Shown here piece after piece: positions 8,930 through 17,827 of a DNA stretch of 64,000 nucleotides (within the stretch, counting starts at the first letter, position 1; each line of letters opens with the position of its first letter). The stretch is taken from positions 32,305 to 96,304 of the forward strand of contig CALVEA010000004.1 of the NCBI GenBank assembly GCA_944326455.1, read 5' to 3'. The stretch is from Candidatus Gastranaerophilales bacterium. GTDB lineage: Bacteria > Cyanobacteriota > Vampirovibrionia > Gastranaerophilales > Gastranaerophilaceae. Position numbers and translations under genes: made by a program. The notes beneath the pieces were generated by a model. It did not search any database. It worked only from the letters and a program-made list of their open reading frames with translations, and had not been told where the DNA came from.

Positions 8930-10188
8930 TAATTGATAAGAGGAAAGAACTTTCCACAAAATACAAAAAAAGTCTGGAAGATAACCAGACTTCTGCTCTT
9001 ACAGCAAGGACTCTAAAGGAAGGTATTGAACTTACAAGACAAGCAGAACCTGATTTGATACTGGTTTCAGACAGTATAGATGAAGATTTGGCATCCTTTT
9101 GTGAAAAAATACGTTCTCTTACCTATAATACAAGACCTACAATTATAGCTCTTTCCAAATCTGCGGATATAAATGACAGAATCAGGGTTTTGGAAAAAGG
9201 AGCTGATGATTTCATCAGTGAACCCGTTAATATCGAAGAGTTTAAGATGAGAATAAAAGCTCACTTAAGGCGGGATATTGAATCTAATCTTGATAATATA
9301 ACTCTTCTTCCGAATAAAAAATATACCCTGAAAGCTTTGAGATGGCTTTTAAATTCAAAAAATAAGCCGGCTGTTCTTCTTGCCGGAGTTGAGAAGTTGG
9401 ACAATTATAAAAGTGTATATTCTGATATTGCCGGAGATAAGTTATTGCAAACATTCACGGCTATTGCAAAATCTACGCTGGATAAAAATGACTTTTTAGG
9501 GCAGATTAGTGAAAGTAATTTTATTATAATAACCAGTCCTTATAGTGCAGAAAAAATGGCAGCCTTTTTAACCTTTGCATTTGATACCGTTGCTCCGAAA
9601 TTCTATTCCGAGCAAGATGCAAAGCGCGGATATACACTTCTTCAAGGCGACAGAGAAGCCGGTATGAGAGCAAACTTTGTGTCTGTACTAATCGGAGGAA
9701 TTATTGATAACTATGAAATGATATCTTCGGAAAATCTGCTGTTGGAAAAATTATATGCAATAAAAAAGGTTGCTAAAATTCCGAATGGTTCAAATTATGC
9801 CATAGACAGAATTAAATTGACGGGTGATAATTCAATTGTTAATCCGGAAGTTAAAAGAAGTGTGTATATTGAAGAACCCGATGAAGCACTTTCGCTTCTT
9901 TTACGTACAACATTTGAATTGCAGGGGTATGATGTTGCTGATAAACTTGATATAGATTCCAATGAGCAGCCGGGAGTTATAATTTTAGACAGTAATGAGG
10001 ATATGTCCGGACTTGATTTTTGTCGGAAAGTAAAAAATAATCGACACTTTGTCAATACTAAAATTGTTGTGACAAGTACAGTGCATGATAAATCTGCCGT
10101 ACTGGATGCAGGAGCTGATTTGTATCTTCCAAAACCCTATGAAATGTCCGACTTAGTTATGTGGGTTGAATATCTTTTAAAAGGATAA
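8911..10188 (+). CDS. REC-degenerate GGDEF-like-REC signalling protein
   Basis: N-terminal REC (GADDFISEP), central ITLLPNK...GDKLL...FLGQISESNF GGDEF-like fold without GG(D/E)EF, C-terminal REC (IILD, ADLYLPKP). Confidence 0.75.
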   Translation: MLSCVLIIDKRKELSTKYKKSLEDNQTSALTARTLKEGIELTRQAEPDLILVSDSIDEDLASFCEKIRSLTYNTRPTIIALSKSADINDRIRVLEKGADDFISEPVNIEEFKMRIKAHLRRDIESNLDNITLLPNKKYTLKALRWLLNSKNKPAVLLAGVEKLDNYKSVYSDIAGDKLLQTFTAIAKSTLDKNDFLGQISESNFIIITSPYSAEKMAAFLTFAFDTVAPKFYSEQDAKRGYTLLQGDREAGMRANFVSVLIGGIIDNYEMISSENLLLEKLYAIKKVAKIPNGSNYAIDRIKLTGDNSIVNPEVKRSVYIEEPDEALSLLLRTTFELQGYDVADKLDIDSNEQPGVIILDSNEDMSGLDFCRKVKNNRHFVNTKIVVTSTVHDKSAVLDAGADLYLPKPYEMSDLVMWVEYLLKG

Positions 10189-10226
10189 TGTAACATTTTG
10201 TAAAAGCAAATTATATTTGCCGGCAA
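10187..10226 (+). promoter_or_regulatory. Tandem TGTAA repeat (HLR1-like on the opposite strand) followed by 17 nt and GGCAA
   Basis: Reverse strand of 10187-10204 reads TTTACAAA-AT-GTTACATT; GGCAA at 10222-10226; same arrangement recurs at 35491-35530 and 42618-42657. Confidence 0.5.
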
Positions 10227-10271
10227 TTTTTTAAATTTTTTGGACTTATTAAATATGAATTAGGGGAAAAA

Positions 10272-11621
10272 ATGGGATTAACAGTCAGTTTAAATTTATT
10301 TAAATCTTTTTTGTGCAGAAATGGCAAGAAGATTGTAAAAGAAGTGCCGCAGGTTTCTCAAAGAATGACAAGAACAATGACGGATCCGTCGAGCGGAATT
10401 GTCAGAATGGAAAGAGAAATTAACCGTAACGGACAGGATGCGCTTGCAATTCTGGAAAAATTTCCGGACGGAAAAACAAAAATGACAATTAAAGGCGGCG
10501 GTGACAATGATATGTGGCGCACAAAAACGATTACACGAGAGCCTGGGGCAAGTGTCTTTGGAGGTGATAAAATCACAGTAGAAAAAGACTGTACAAAGTA
10601 CTGGTGTTTCAGAGAAAATATAAATCTTACCAAAGAATATAACCCGCAAGGAGTGTTGGAACATAAAGAATTGAGTCTTAGTCACAGTTCCGGGAACGGT
10701 TTGAGGGATTATTCCCATAGGGCTGTTCAGGATAAAGTATATAATGAGTATCTTTTGAGCAGCGGATATAAAGATATGCTAACGAAGCCGGAAAATAACA
10801 GATATATTAAACATTCATTAGATAAAAATGATAATTATTATCAATTTGCGGATAAAGATTCAACAGCTTATACCCGTGCAATACAGGCAAAGGAACAGGC
10901 AGCAATAGATGCAGCTAAAAAAGCTGAGGCAGAAGCTATTGCCGCAAAAGAAGCTGCAGAGAAGGCTGCTGCCGAATTGCGGGCAAAACAGCCGAGAATT
11001 AATATTTCAAAGGCTTTAAACAAAGATATTAATGATTTAACCGTAAAAGAAATAAAGCTGGCTGACGGTACAATAGAAAGAATATTTACAGATCCTGATA
11101 CCGGAAAAGTTCTTGCAAAAACTCAGGATTTGGGTATTTTGCATAAAGAATGGATATATGGCGGAAAGGCTGATATGATTTATATGAAACAGGTTGGTGA
11201 CGGCAAGCCGTATATTATTGCTAAAAAAGGAAATTATACACAATTGGATTATGTTGTAAAACAGCCCGGTTATGGTTCGGATAAAGTTAGAGATGTTACA
11301 CAAAGGGTTCAATATTATAACGATGGGCAAAACGGGTTGGCGCGTTATGCGGGATCCGGAACCACTTGCTCTGCAAAAGGGTATGTAACCGTGTATGATA
11401 AAACGGCAGCGCAGTCAAGAGCTGATTTCCCGGCTTTGGCTGATTCATATCCTGATTATCCTAAGTTCAGGGTATGGCAGGATAGAATCGTATATAATTC
11501 ATATTTTGATGCACAACCAAATTCAGTATTAGAGGCTCAAAAATTGTTGAAAGAATTGAATGCGGATTCAAAACGTAATTTTATTAATCTGAGCGATTTG
11601 TACAGCAGCTATAAAGTATAG
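10272..11621 (+). CDS. Hypothetical protein with central Ala/Glu/Lys-rich linker
   Basis: 449-aa ORF, AGGGGA RBS; no recognised family. Confidence 0.8.
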   Translation: MGLTVSLNLFKSFLCRNGKKIVKEVPQVSQRMTRTMTDPSSGIVRMEREINRNGQDALAILEKFPDGKTKMTIKGGGDNDMWRTKTITREPGASVFGGDKITVEKDCTKYWCFRENINLTKEYNPQGVLEHKELSLSHSSGNGLRDYSHRAVQDKVYNEYLLSSGYKDMLTKPENNRYIKHSLDKNDNYYQFADKDSTAYTRAIQAKEQAAIDAAKKAEAEAIAAKEAAEKAAAELRAKQPRINISKALNKDINDLTVKEIKLADGTIERIFTDPDTGKVLAKTQDLGILHKEWIYGGKADMIYMKQVGDGKPYIIAKKGNYTQLDYVVKQPGYGSDKVRDVTQRVQYYNDGQNGLARYAGSGTTCSAKGYVTVYDKTAAQSRADFPALADSYPDYPKFRVWQDRIVYNSYFDAQPNSVLEAQKLLKELNADSKRNFINLSDLYSSYKV

Positions 11622-11740
11622 AATTTTAATGCACTCCTATTAAGCACATTTTTAATTGAAAAAATACTTGCAAATAAAGCTTTATGTGATATCTTAGAAA
11701 TTGAGCTTGAAAAAAGCTTGTGTAAAAATTTACGGCTTAT

Positions 11741-11814
11741 GCGTCTGTAGCTCAGCTGGATAGAGCATCTGCCTTCTAAGCAGAGGGTCCCGCGTTCGAA
11801 TCGCGGCAGGCGTA
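11741..11814 (+). tRNA. tRNA-Arg(UCU), CCA not encoded
   Basis: Cloverleaf: GCGTCTG/CAGGCGT acceptor, GCTC/GAGC D-stem, TCTGC-CTTCTAA-GCAGA anticodon arm, CCGCG-TTCGAAT-CGCGG T-arm. Confidence 0.97.
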
Positions 11815-11823
11815 TTTTTTCAA

Positions 11824-11854
11824 AAAAAGAGACAGGTTTATTCTGTCTCTTTTT
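11824..11854 (+). terminator. Intrinsic (bidirectional) terminator after tRNA
   Basis: AAAAAGAGACAG-GTTTATT-CTGTCTCTTTTT. Confidence 0.8.
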
Positions 11855-11876
11855 ATTTATGTTCATTATAAAAGTC

Positions 11877-12165
11877 TTATGCAATTTTAAGATTATAGCC
11901 CAGTGTTTTTAGAATTTTGGTAAGAATATCAACTTTTGGGACTCTTTTTCCATTGAAAATTTGCTACAACATAGCTCTGTCAATTCCTGCTTTTTCACAG
12001 AAACCGGAAATACTATCTCTGGATTTTCTCACCAGTTCTAAAAGAACGAAAGAACGCATTGAAATATCCATTGTTGATATATTCTGCCAGGCTTTCATTC
12101 ATATATTCTTTTTGAAATTTTTCATCTTTTAGTTGTTCTATAATAAAATCATTTAATTCTGTTAT
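11877..12165 (-). pseudogene. HTH antitoxin (addiction-module antidote type) pseudogene
   Basis: Joined frames read TELNDFIIEQLKDEKFQKEYMNESLAEY...FFRS/LELVRKSRDSISGFCEKAGIDRAML*QIFNGKRVPKVDILTKILKTLGYNLKIA; +1 frameshift in the A-run 12040-12043, in-frame TAG at 11964-11966, ATA at the expected start. Confidence 0.8.
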
Positions 12166-12316
12166 AATTATTTCCCTTCATATTTTGTAAATAACGTTGG
12201 GCAATTTTAATCTCTTTTTGCTGATTAGATTTATCTCCGGCATATAAAAGAATTACAACAATATAATTTTCTATTGTGTAATAAATTCTATAATCTTCTT
12301 CAAAAGATATCAATAA
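12149..12316 (-). pseudogene. 3' remnant of RelE/ParE-superfamily toxin (addiction-module killer type)
   Basis: LLISFEEDYRIYYTIENYIVVILLYAGDKSNQQKEIKIAQRY matches the YR(I/V)Y...ILLxxGDKSxQxxDI C-terminus of this family; N-terminal half missing. Confidence 0.7.
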
Positions 12317-12354
12317 CTAGCAAATATTTTTTTTCTGTGTTTTAAGATTAAAGT

Positions 12355-12837
12355 ATGAGAATTAATAATAACCCAACCTATAACAAGTATAATCAAACTT
12401 TTGGAGCGAAGCTTGGCTGGCGAGCTGTTTATGAGCTGAAACGCAATCCCGTAAAATTGGCAGAAGTTACACAAAAATTGGAAAAAATGGGAGAGCCGAC
12501 AACGGTTGTAGATATAATGTCGCAGAATACCAGAAAAGGAAGTCTGTATTCATTGCGATTGTTTAACGAAATATTTGGCGAGGGTTATAGTGTACCTATG
12601 CTTAAAGATAATTATAATAAAGAAATTATTTCCTCTTCGGCTAAAGATTTTCTCAGTACGATAGAAAATTTAACAAAACCTGTACTGGAAAATAAAGAAT
12701 ATAATTTGTTTAATAAAATCAAGAATGAACATTCCGGTTCAGGTGTTATGATGAAATACTTGAAGGATTTATTAAGCAGATCAAAAGAAGATGGTAAATA
12801 TTTGAGTCCGAAATCTGAACAAATTTTTTTAAAATAA
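12355..12837 (+). CDS. Hypothetical protein with N-terminal TFGA motif
   Basis: 160-aa ORF; no recognised family. Confidence 0.7.
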   Translation: MRINNNPTYNKYNQTFGAKLGWRAVYELKRNPVKLAEVTQKLEKMGEPTTVVDIMSQNTRKGSLYSLRLFNEIFGEGYSVPMLKDNYNKEIISSSAKDFLSTIENLTKPVLENKEYNLFNKIKNEHSGSGVMMKYLKDLLSRSKEDGKYLSPKSEQIFLK

Positions 12838-12873
12838 TTTTGATTATTAATTTCTGAGTTGCTCAGTGCAAAA

Positions 12874-12902
12874 TTGTAAACTCTTCCAAAATGTGCTATT
12901 AT
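12874..12902 (+). promoter_or_regulatory. Sigma70-type promoter of adh
   Basis: TTGTAA-17 nt-TATTAT with extended TGn. Confidence 0.5.
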
Positions 12903-12979
12903 AAACATATAAATTTTAATACATATAAATTTTAATGTTTTCTGTAGAAAGGTTAATTAAACACGCAAAGGAGGTGTTT

Positions 12980-14041
12980 ATGAAAGGTTTTGCAATGCTG
13001 ACAATAGGTCAGACCGGCTGGATTACAAAGGATATGCCAAAATGCGGACCGAATGATGCAATATGTAAACCTATTGCACTTGCTCCTTGTACATCTGATG
13101 TACATACAGTTTGGGCTGGCGCAATCGGTGACAGGCATAACATGATTCTCGGGCACGAAGCTGTAGGTGAAGTTGTAGAAGTCGGTAATCTTGTTAAAGA
13201 CTTTAAACCGGGAGATAAAGTCCTTGTCTCAGCTATTACCCCGGATTGGAATTCTCTTGAAGCTCAGGAAGGTTATGCAATGCACTCCGGCGGAATGCTT
13301 TCAGGCTGGAAATTCTCCAACTTTAAAGACGGAGTTTTTGCTGAGTATTTCCACGTAAATGATGCTGACGGAAACCTTGCGCATCTGCCTGAAGGAATGA
13401 GCCTTGAAGCTGCTTGTATGGTCAGTGATATGGTTCCTACCGGTTTCCACGGAGTTGAACTCGCTGATGTACAGTTTGGAGACAACGTTGTAGTTATCGG
13501 TATTGGACCTGTAGGTCTAATGGCTGTTGCAGCTGCCGCTATCAGAGGCGCAGCAAATATTTATGCAGTCGGCTCCAGAAAGAACTGTGCAGATCTTGCA
13601 AGAGAATTTGGCGCTACGGATATTATCAACTACAAAGAAGGCGATATTGTTGAACAGGTGCTTGATAAAACTCACGGAAAAGGTGTTGACAGAATTGTTG
13701 TAGCAGGCGGAGACAACGACACCTTTGACCAAGCTGTGAGAATGCTTAAGCCGGGCGGCAAAATAGGTAATGTTAACTATCTTGGAGAAGGTGACTACCT
13801 TAAAGTTCCTCGTATAGAATGGGGCTGCGGCATGGGGCATAAACAAATTGTCGGAGGTTTAATGCCTGGCGGTAGATTGCGTTCTGAGAAGCTTGCAAGA
13901 CTTGTTATGACACATAGAATTCATCCTGAAAAATTGATTACACATACATTCCACGGATTAGAAAACGTGGAACCTGCTCTGATGCTTATGAAAGATAAGC
14001 CTAGAGATTTGATTAAACCTATTGTTTTAATCCAGGGTTAA
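12980..14041 (+). CDS. adh: NADP-dependent secondary (isopropanol-type) alcohol dehydrogenase, Zn-MDR family
   Basis: MKGFAML start after GGAGGTG RBS; PCTSDVH, GHEAVG, DMVPTGFHG, GIGPVG, GSR and INY NADP-specificity motifs as in Clostridium beijerinckii/Thermoanaerobacter brockii ADH. Confidence 0.92.
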   Translation: MKGFAMLTIGQTGWITKDMPKCGPNDAICKPIALAPCTSDVHTVWAGAIGDRHNMILGHEAVGEVVEVGNLVKDFKPGDKVLVSAITPDWNSLEAQEGYAMHSGGMLSGWKFSNFKDGVFAEYFHVNDADGNLAHLPEGMSLEAACMVSDMVPTGFHGVELADVQFGDNVVVIGIGPVGLMAVAAAAIRGAANIYAVGSRKNCADLAREFGATDIINYKEGDIVEQVLDKTHGKGVDRIVVAGGDNDTFDQAVRMLKPGGKIGNVNYLGEGDYLKVPRIEWGCGMGHKQIVGGLMPGGRLRSEKLARLVMTHRIHPEKLITHTFHGLENVEPALMLMKDKPRDLIKPIVLIQG

Positions 14042-14046
14042 TTATG

Positions 14047-14085
14047 AAAGCGAGGGCGGAATCTTCGATTCCGCCCTCGCTTTTT
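14047..14085. terminator. GC-rich hairpin terminator between convergent genes
   Basis: AAAGCGAGGGCGGAATC-TTC-GATTCCGCCCTCGCTTT then TT. Confidence 0.85.
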
Positions 14086-14092
14086 AAACAAC

Positions 14093-14965
14093 TTATAATT
14101 CTTGCTTTATAGAATCTTTTACCCCGGAAAGAGGTCCGTTATCAGGATTCCTTAGAATTTTAAAGTAGTTTTTTGTATAGACTATCGGGAATTTAGGCAG
14201 CCAACCTATTTTCATAAATATTGAAATTGCCTCTGCGCCTTGAGATAGCATAAGTTCATCAATTGTTGCTTCATAAGCAGGTGAAATTGATGAAAATATT
14301 TTCAAGGTGTAATCTGTCGCTGTTACCAGCGAGTATTTGGAAGCTGCTCCCGGACTGGTTACGAGCTTTGTTATTTTAAAAGTTTGGTCAGATTTAATAT
14401 TTTTTATATCTTCAGGCAGTGTAAGAGTTTCGGCTTTAACCTGCTCAATTTCGTACCATTCTCCGTTGTATTTTACCCTCATGATGTTAGGTTTTGGCAT
14501 ATAAATATCATCACATACATAATCAATCAAGATATTTCCGTCTTTATCTCTTACACCGAACTTATAATCTTTTGAGACAAGGAACATTCCGCCGAATAAT
14601 AAATCAATTGTGTCCTGCTCCTGAGGAATGATTGTTTTTCCGTATTCATCATACAAACCGAAGCCTTTTCCGTTTTTGAATTTTACATATTTACCCAAAA
14701 GCCTTGCTGCATGTGTATATTTAAATTTTACAAGCTCAGTTCCGTCTTTTGAAATTAGTCCGTACTTGCTTCTTTTAAGCGCAATAAACGCATTATCTCC
14801 CAGCCGGATTAATTTTTTATAATCAGCTTCTGTAATAATGTTGTTGTTTTCATCTTTTAACCCGAATTTTCCGGAATCGTTGCTGTATACAACTACGTCT
14901 GAAGCTGCTAGAACAGGAGAAAAAACAAAAAATAAACTTATTAAAACGGAAATTAACTTTTTCAT
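14093..14965 (-). CDS. Secreted WG-repeat-like protein
   Basis: Signal peptide; repeated K(F/Y)GLxDxxGxxII motifs. Confidence 0.75.
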   Translation of the reverse strand: MKKLISVLISLFFVFSPVLAASDVVVYSNDSGKFGLKDENNNIITEADYKKLIRLGDNAFIALKRSKYGLISKDGTELVKFKYTHAARLLGKYVKFKNGKGFGLYDEYGKTIIPQEQDTIDLLFGGMFLVSKDYKFGVRDKDGNILIDYVCDDIYMPKPNIMRVKYNGEWYEIEQVKAETLTLPEDIKNIKSDQTFKITKLVTSPGAASKYSLVTATDYTLKIFSSISPAYEATIDELMLSQGAEAISIFMKIGWLPKFPIVYTKNYFKILRNPDNGPLSGVKDSIKQEL

Positions 14966-15021
14966 ACCGATATGATAACATAAAATTTCTCTATGCTATA
15001 ATTTTTTTTGAGGGTTAAGTT

Positions 15022-17820
15022 ATGAATAAAAAAAGATTTTTTGAAATATTTTTGTCCGTTATCGTGATTTTAGTTGCTTTATGGACTTTGTTTTATTTGG
15101 TAATATTACCAAAAATCGTTATGAGCGATTTTGGGATAAATAAGGTAAAAGAAATTACTTCCAAAACTCTGGGCGTGGATTTAGTTCTTGAAAAACCGCT
15201 TTTAAAAACAAGTATTCTGCCGAGGCTAATTATTGGCTGCGATAATTTAACTCTCAAGAAAGGTGAAGAAAATCTTCTTGTAATAAAGGATTTTAAAACC
15301 GATTTTACTTACGGTTTGATTTTCGATAGAAATATTACTTTTAAAGAACTCGGAATTGATTCTGTTTATGCTGATGCCGATAATCTGATGAAACTTTTCC
15401 CTGCAGAAGAAAAGAAAACAGAAGAAGTAAAACCGCTTCCTTTCAAGATTAATATTCTTGATTCCAAGCTATATATAAATAATTGCGAAGTTTTAACCTC
15501 CCTTTCAAAAGATGTTAAACTAAAACTTCTCGGCAAAAATATGCTGATTGAAGAAAAAAGAAATCCTAAATATGTCAGGTTCAACATAGATGCAATCTTA
15601 ACCAAAGGAAACCATACTACAAAAATAACTTTGAATGATAATAACAGTTTTTATACGGCTAAAAAACGCTTAATAATCAAAGATTGCCCTATAAATATTA
15701 ATAATTCAAAAATTACGCTAAAATCTATTGCGGGCAAAAAAGGTTTTGCGGTTAAAGCCGAGTCTAAAAACTTTAATGTCCAGGACGGCGCAGACCTTTT
15801 AGGGCTAAATCTTATTCTTGCAAACGGGAGTGATATTTTAGCGGAAACTCAAAATCTTAAAGGGTTTGTTGACTTTGATATTTTAATGACTAAAAAAGGT
15901 CTGGATGGGAATATAAAAGTCAAGAACGGATTCTTTAATATGCGCTCATTATCAATGATGCCTGTATATGCAGAAAAAGGTTCTATAGATATTACCCCTG
16001 AACTTATTACGCTTAAAGATTTTGAGGGGTATTACGGTTCAAATAGGAATAACAAGCTTAAATTATACGGTACTGTTACGGATTATTATAAATCCGTTGA
16101 TACAAAAATAACTGTTGATACGGTTATGACGGATGATTTTACAAGGAACTATCTTTCCAAACTTGCCGGAATTAATATAACGATGACGGGTGAAAAGCCT
16201 GCCGGTACAAGGATTGAAATATTATCAAAATACAATAATATTGATGTAAATTATATGGCTCTCTTAACTAAAGGGAATGATATTTTGCTGGAAGGCTCTT
16301 CGCTGAGTCCGGTAAACTATGACAGAGCTATTGTTTGCAATATGCATGTAAAAGGGAATATTCTGAATATTGAAAATATTAAATACTATATAGCTTCACA
16401 AATAAATAAAGACAGTAAAATTAAACCTATACTTACATTAAACGGAAATGTTGATCTTGCACAAAATTCCAAAATTCTTGATTTTGGATTTGATATTCCA
16501 AAACCTCTGCCGAGTGAGTTTTTGAACGTATTTTTAGGGCAGAGGGTATTCAGAAAAGGTTTAATTTCGGGTAACTTAGAATGGATTGACAGAGGCAAAC
16601 ATCCTGTTCTTAAAGGAAATCTTAAAGCGGAAAAGGTTATAATCCCGTCTGCCAGATTATTTATTAAAGAAGGAAACTTTAAGACAACAAGAAACAGACT
16701 GCTTTTCTATTCAAAAGGAAAATTCAGACGCTCAAACTATACCTTTGGCGGAAGTATTCTTAACGAAATAACCTTCCCTATTGTAATTGAAGGAGTAAAA
16801 CTGAGCATAGACCAAATTGATATTGAAAAACTTTTGGCTCCGCCTCCTGCAAAACAACCTGCTGCTGCAGAAGCAGAAAAGGCTAAAGCAGAAGAAGATT
16901 TTGTAAAAGCAATGGAAAACGATACTGATACAGCTTCTGATGAAGCAATGCCGGCATTTGTTCCGGGGCTTGTAGTGCTAAATAAAGCCGTGTTTACTCT
17001 TGACAGGGGTAAATACAAAGATATTGAATTTGGTAACTTAAAAGCAACCGCTTCTTTAGATAAAGACGGAAATTTGAGTATTGATTCAAACAGATTTGAT
17101 TTTGCAGACGGACACTCGTCAGTAAAAGTACGCTGTGACCTTGTTAATTTCTTGTTCCATTTTGTACTCGGAGTAAAAGATGTTGACTCTGATAAAATTG
17201 CGACGGCAATCCTCAGCCTCAAACGGGAAATAACCGGTAAAGCAAGCGGTATCATTGATTTAACAACCGATAAAGATATGAAGCTTGATGGTATGATGAA
17301 ATTTGCTATCAATGACGGAACAATACAAAAAGTCGGATTGGTTGAATATGCTCTGAACTTTGTATCTTTGTTCAGGAACCCTATGGCAATGATTAGTCCG
17401 TCTACATTGTTTGACCTTGTTAATATTCCGGAAGGAAGGTTTGATAAGATTAGCGGACAGCTGGATATAAAAGACAATGTTATTGAAAGAATGATGATTA
17501 AATCTTCTGCCGAACAGCTTGCAACTCTGATTATGGGAAGATTTGATTTGGAAACAAGAGATGCATCTTTAAGAATTTATGCTAAATTTACTAACAAAAA
17601 TAAGGGTATTGAAGGCTTTTTAAGAAACTTCTCGCTAAACAGTCTTGCCAACAGAAGTTCTCTGGGAAATTCTAACGATGCGAACTATTATGCGGCAGAA
17701 CTTGCGCTTATACCGGAATTAACTTCCGGAGATGAAGAGAATGCGCAGGTATTCTTGACCACTGTTGACGGTGATGTTGAGCATTTCAACTTTATTTCGG
17801 CATTAAAGAAAATTAAATAG
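15022..17820 (+). CDS. AsmA-like (AsmA/TamB superfamily) envelope protein
   Basis: N-terminal TM anchor, long beta-rich body, C-terminal F(D)KISGQLDIKDNVI...IMGRFDL typical of AsmA-like C-termini. Confidence 0.65.
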   Translation: MNKKRFFEIFLSVIVILVALWTLFYLVILPKIVMSDFGINKVKEITSKTLGVDLVLEKPLLKTSILPRLIIGCDNLTLKKGEENLLVIKDFKTDFTYGLIFDRNITFKELGIDSVYADADNLMKLFPAEEKKTEEVKPLPFKINILDSKLYINNCEVLTSLSKDVKLKLLGKNMLIEEKRNPKYVRFNIDAILTKGNHTTKITLNDNNSFYTAKKRLIIKDCPININNSKITLKSIAGKKGFAVKAESKNFNVQDGADLLGLNLILANGSDILAETQNLKGFVDFDILMTKKGLDGNIKVKNGFFNMRSLSMMPVYAEKGSIDITPELITLKDFEGYYGSNRNNKLKLYGTVTDYYKSVDTKITVDTVMTDDFTRNYLSKLAGINITMTGEKPAGTRIEILSKYNNIDVNYMALLTKGNDILLEGSSLSPVNYDRAIVCNMHVKGNILNIENIKYYIASQINKDSKIKPILTLNGNVDLAQNSKILDFGFDIPKPLPSEFLNVFLGQRVFRKGLISGNLEWIDRGKHPVLKGNLKAEKVIIPSARLFIKEGNFKTTRNRLLFYSKGKFRRSNYTFGGSILNEITFPIVIEGVKLSIDQIDIEKLLAPPPAKQPAAAEAEKAKAEEDFVKAMENDTDTASDEAMPAFVPGLVVLNKAVFTLDRGKYKDIEFGNLKATASLDKDGNLSIDSNRFDFADGHSSVKVRCDLVNFLFHFVLGVKDVDSDKIATAILSLKREITGKASGIIDLTTDKDMKLDGMMKFAINDGTIQKVGLVEYALNFVSLFRNPMAMISPSTLFDLVNIPEGRFDKISGQLDIKDNVIERMMIKSSAEQLATLIMGRFDLETRDASLRIYAKFTNKNKGIEGFLRNFSLNSLANRSSLGNSNDANYYAAELALIPELTSGDEENAQVFLTTVDGDVEHFNFISALKKIK

Positions 17821-17827
17821 AAAGAAC

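Noticed and set aside
10201-10226. Sigma28 promoter TAAA...GCCGGCAA
   Set aside because: Spacer is 14 nt and the -10 differs from GCCGATAA; the sister sites lack the GCC, so the shared element is GGCAA instead.
11917-12132. 71-aa plus-strand ORF
   Set aside because: It is the antisense shadow of the antitoxin pseudogene.
11741-12350. Active integrative element or prophage at tRNA-Arg
   Set aside because: No integrase, and I found no duplicated tRNA 3' end in the window; only the TA relic remains.
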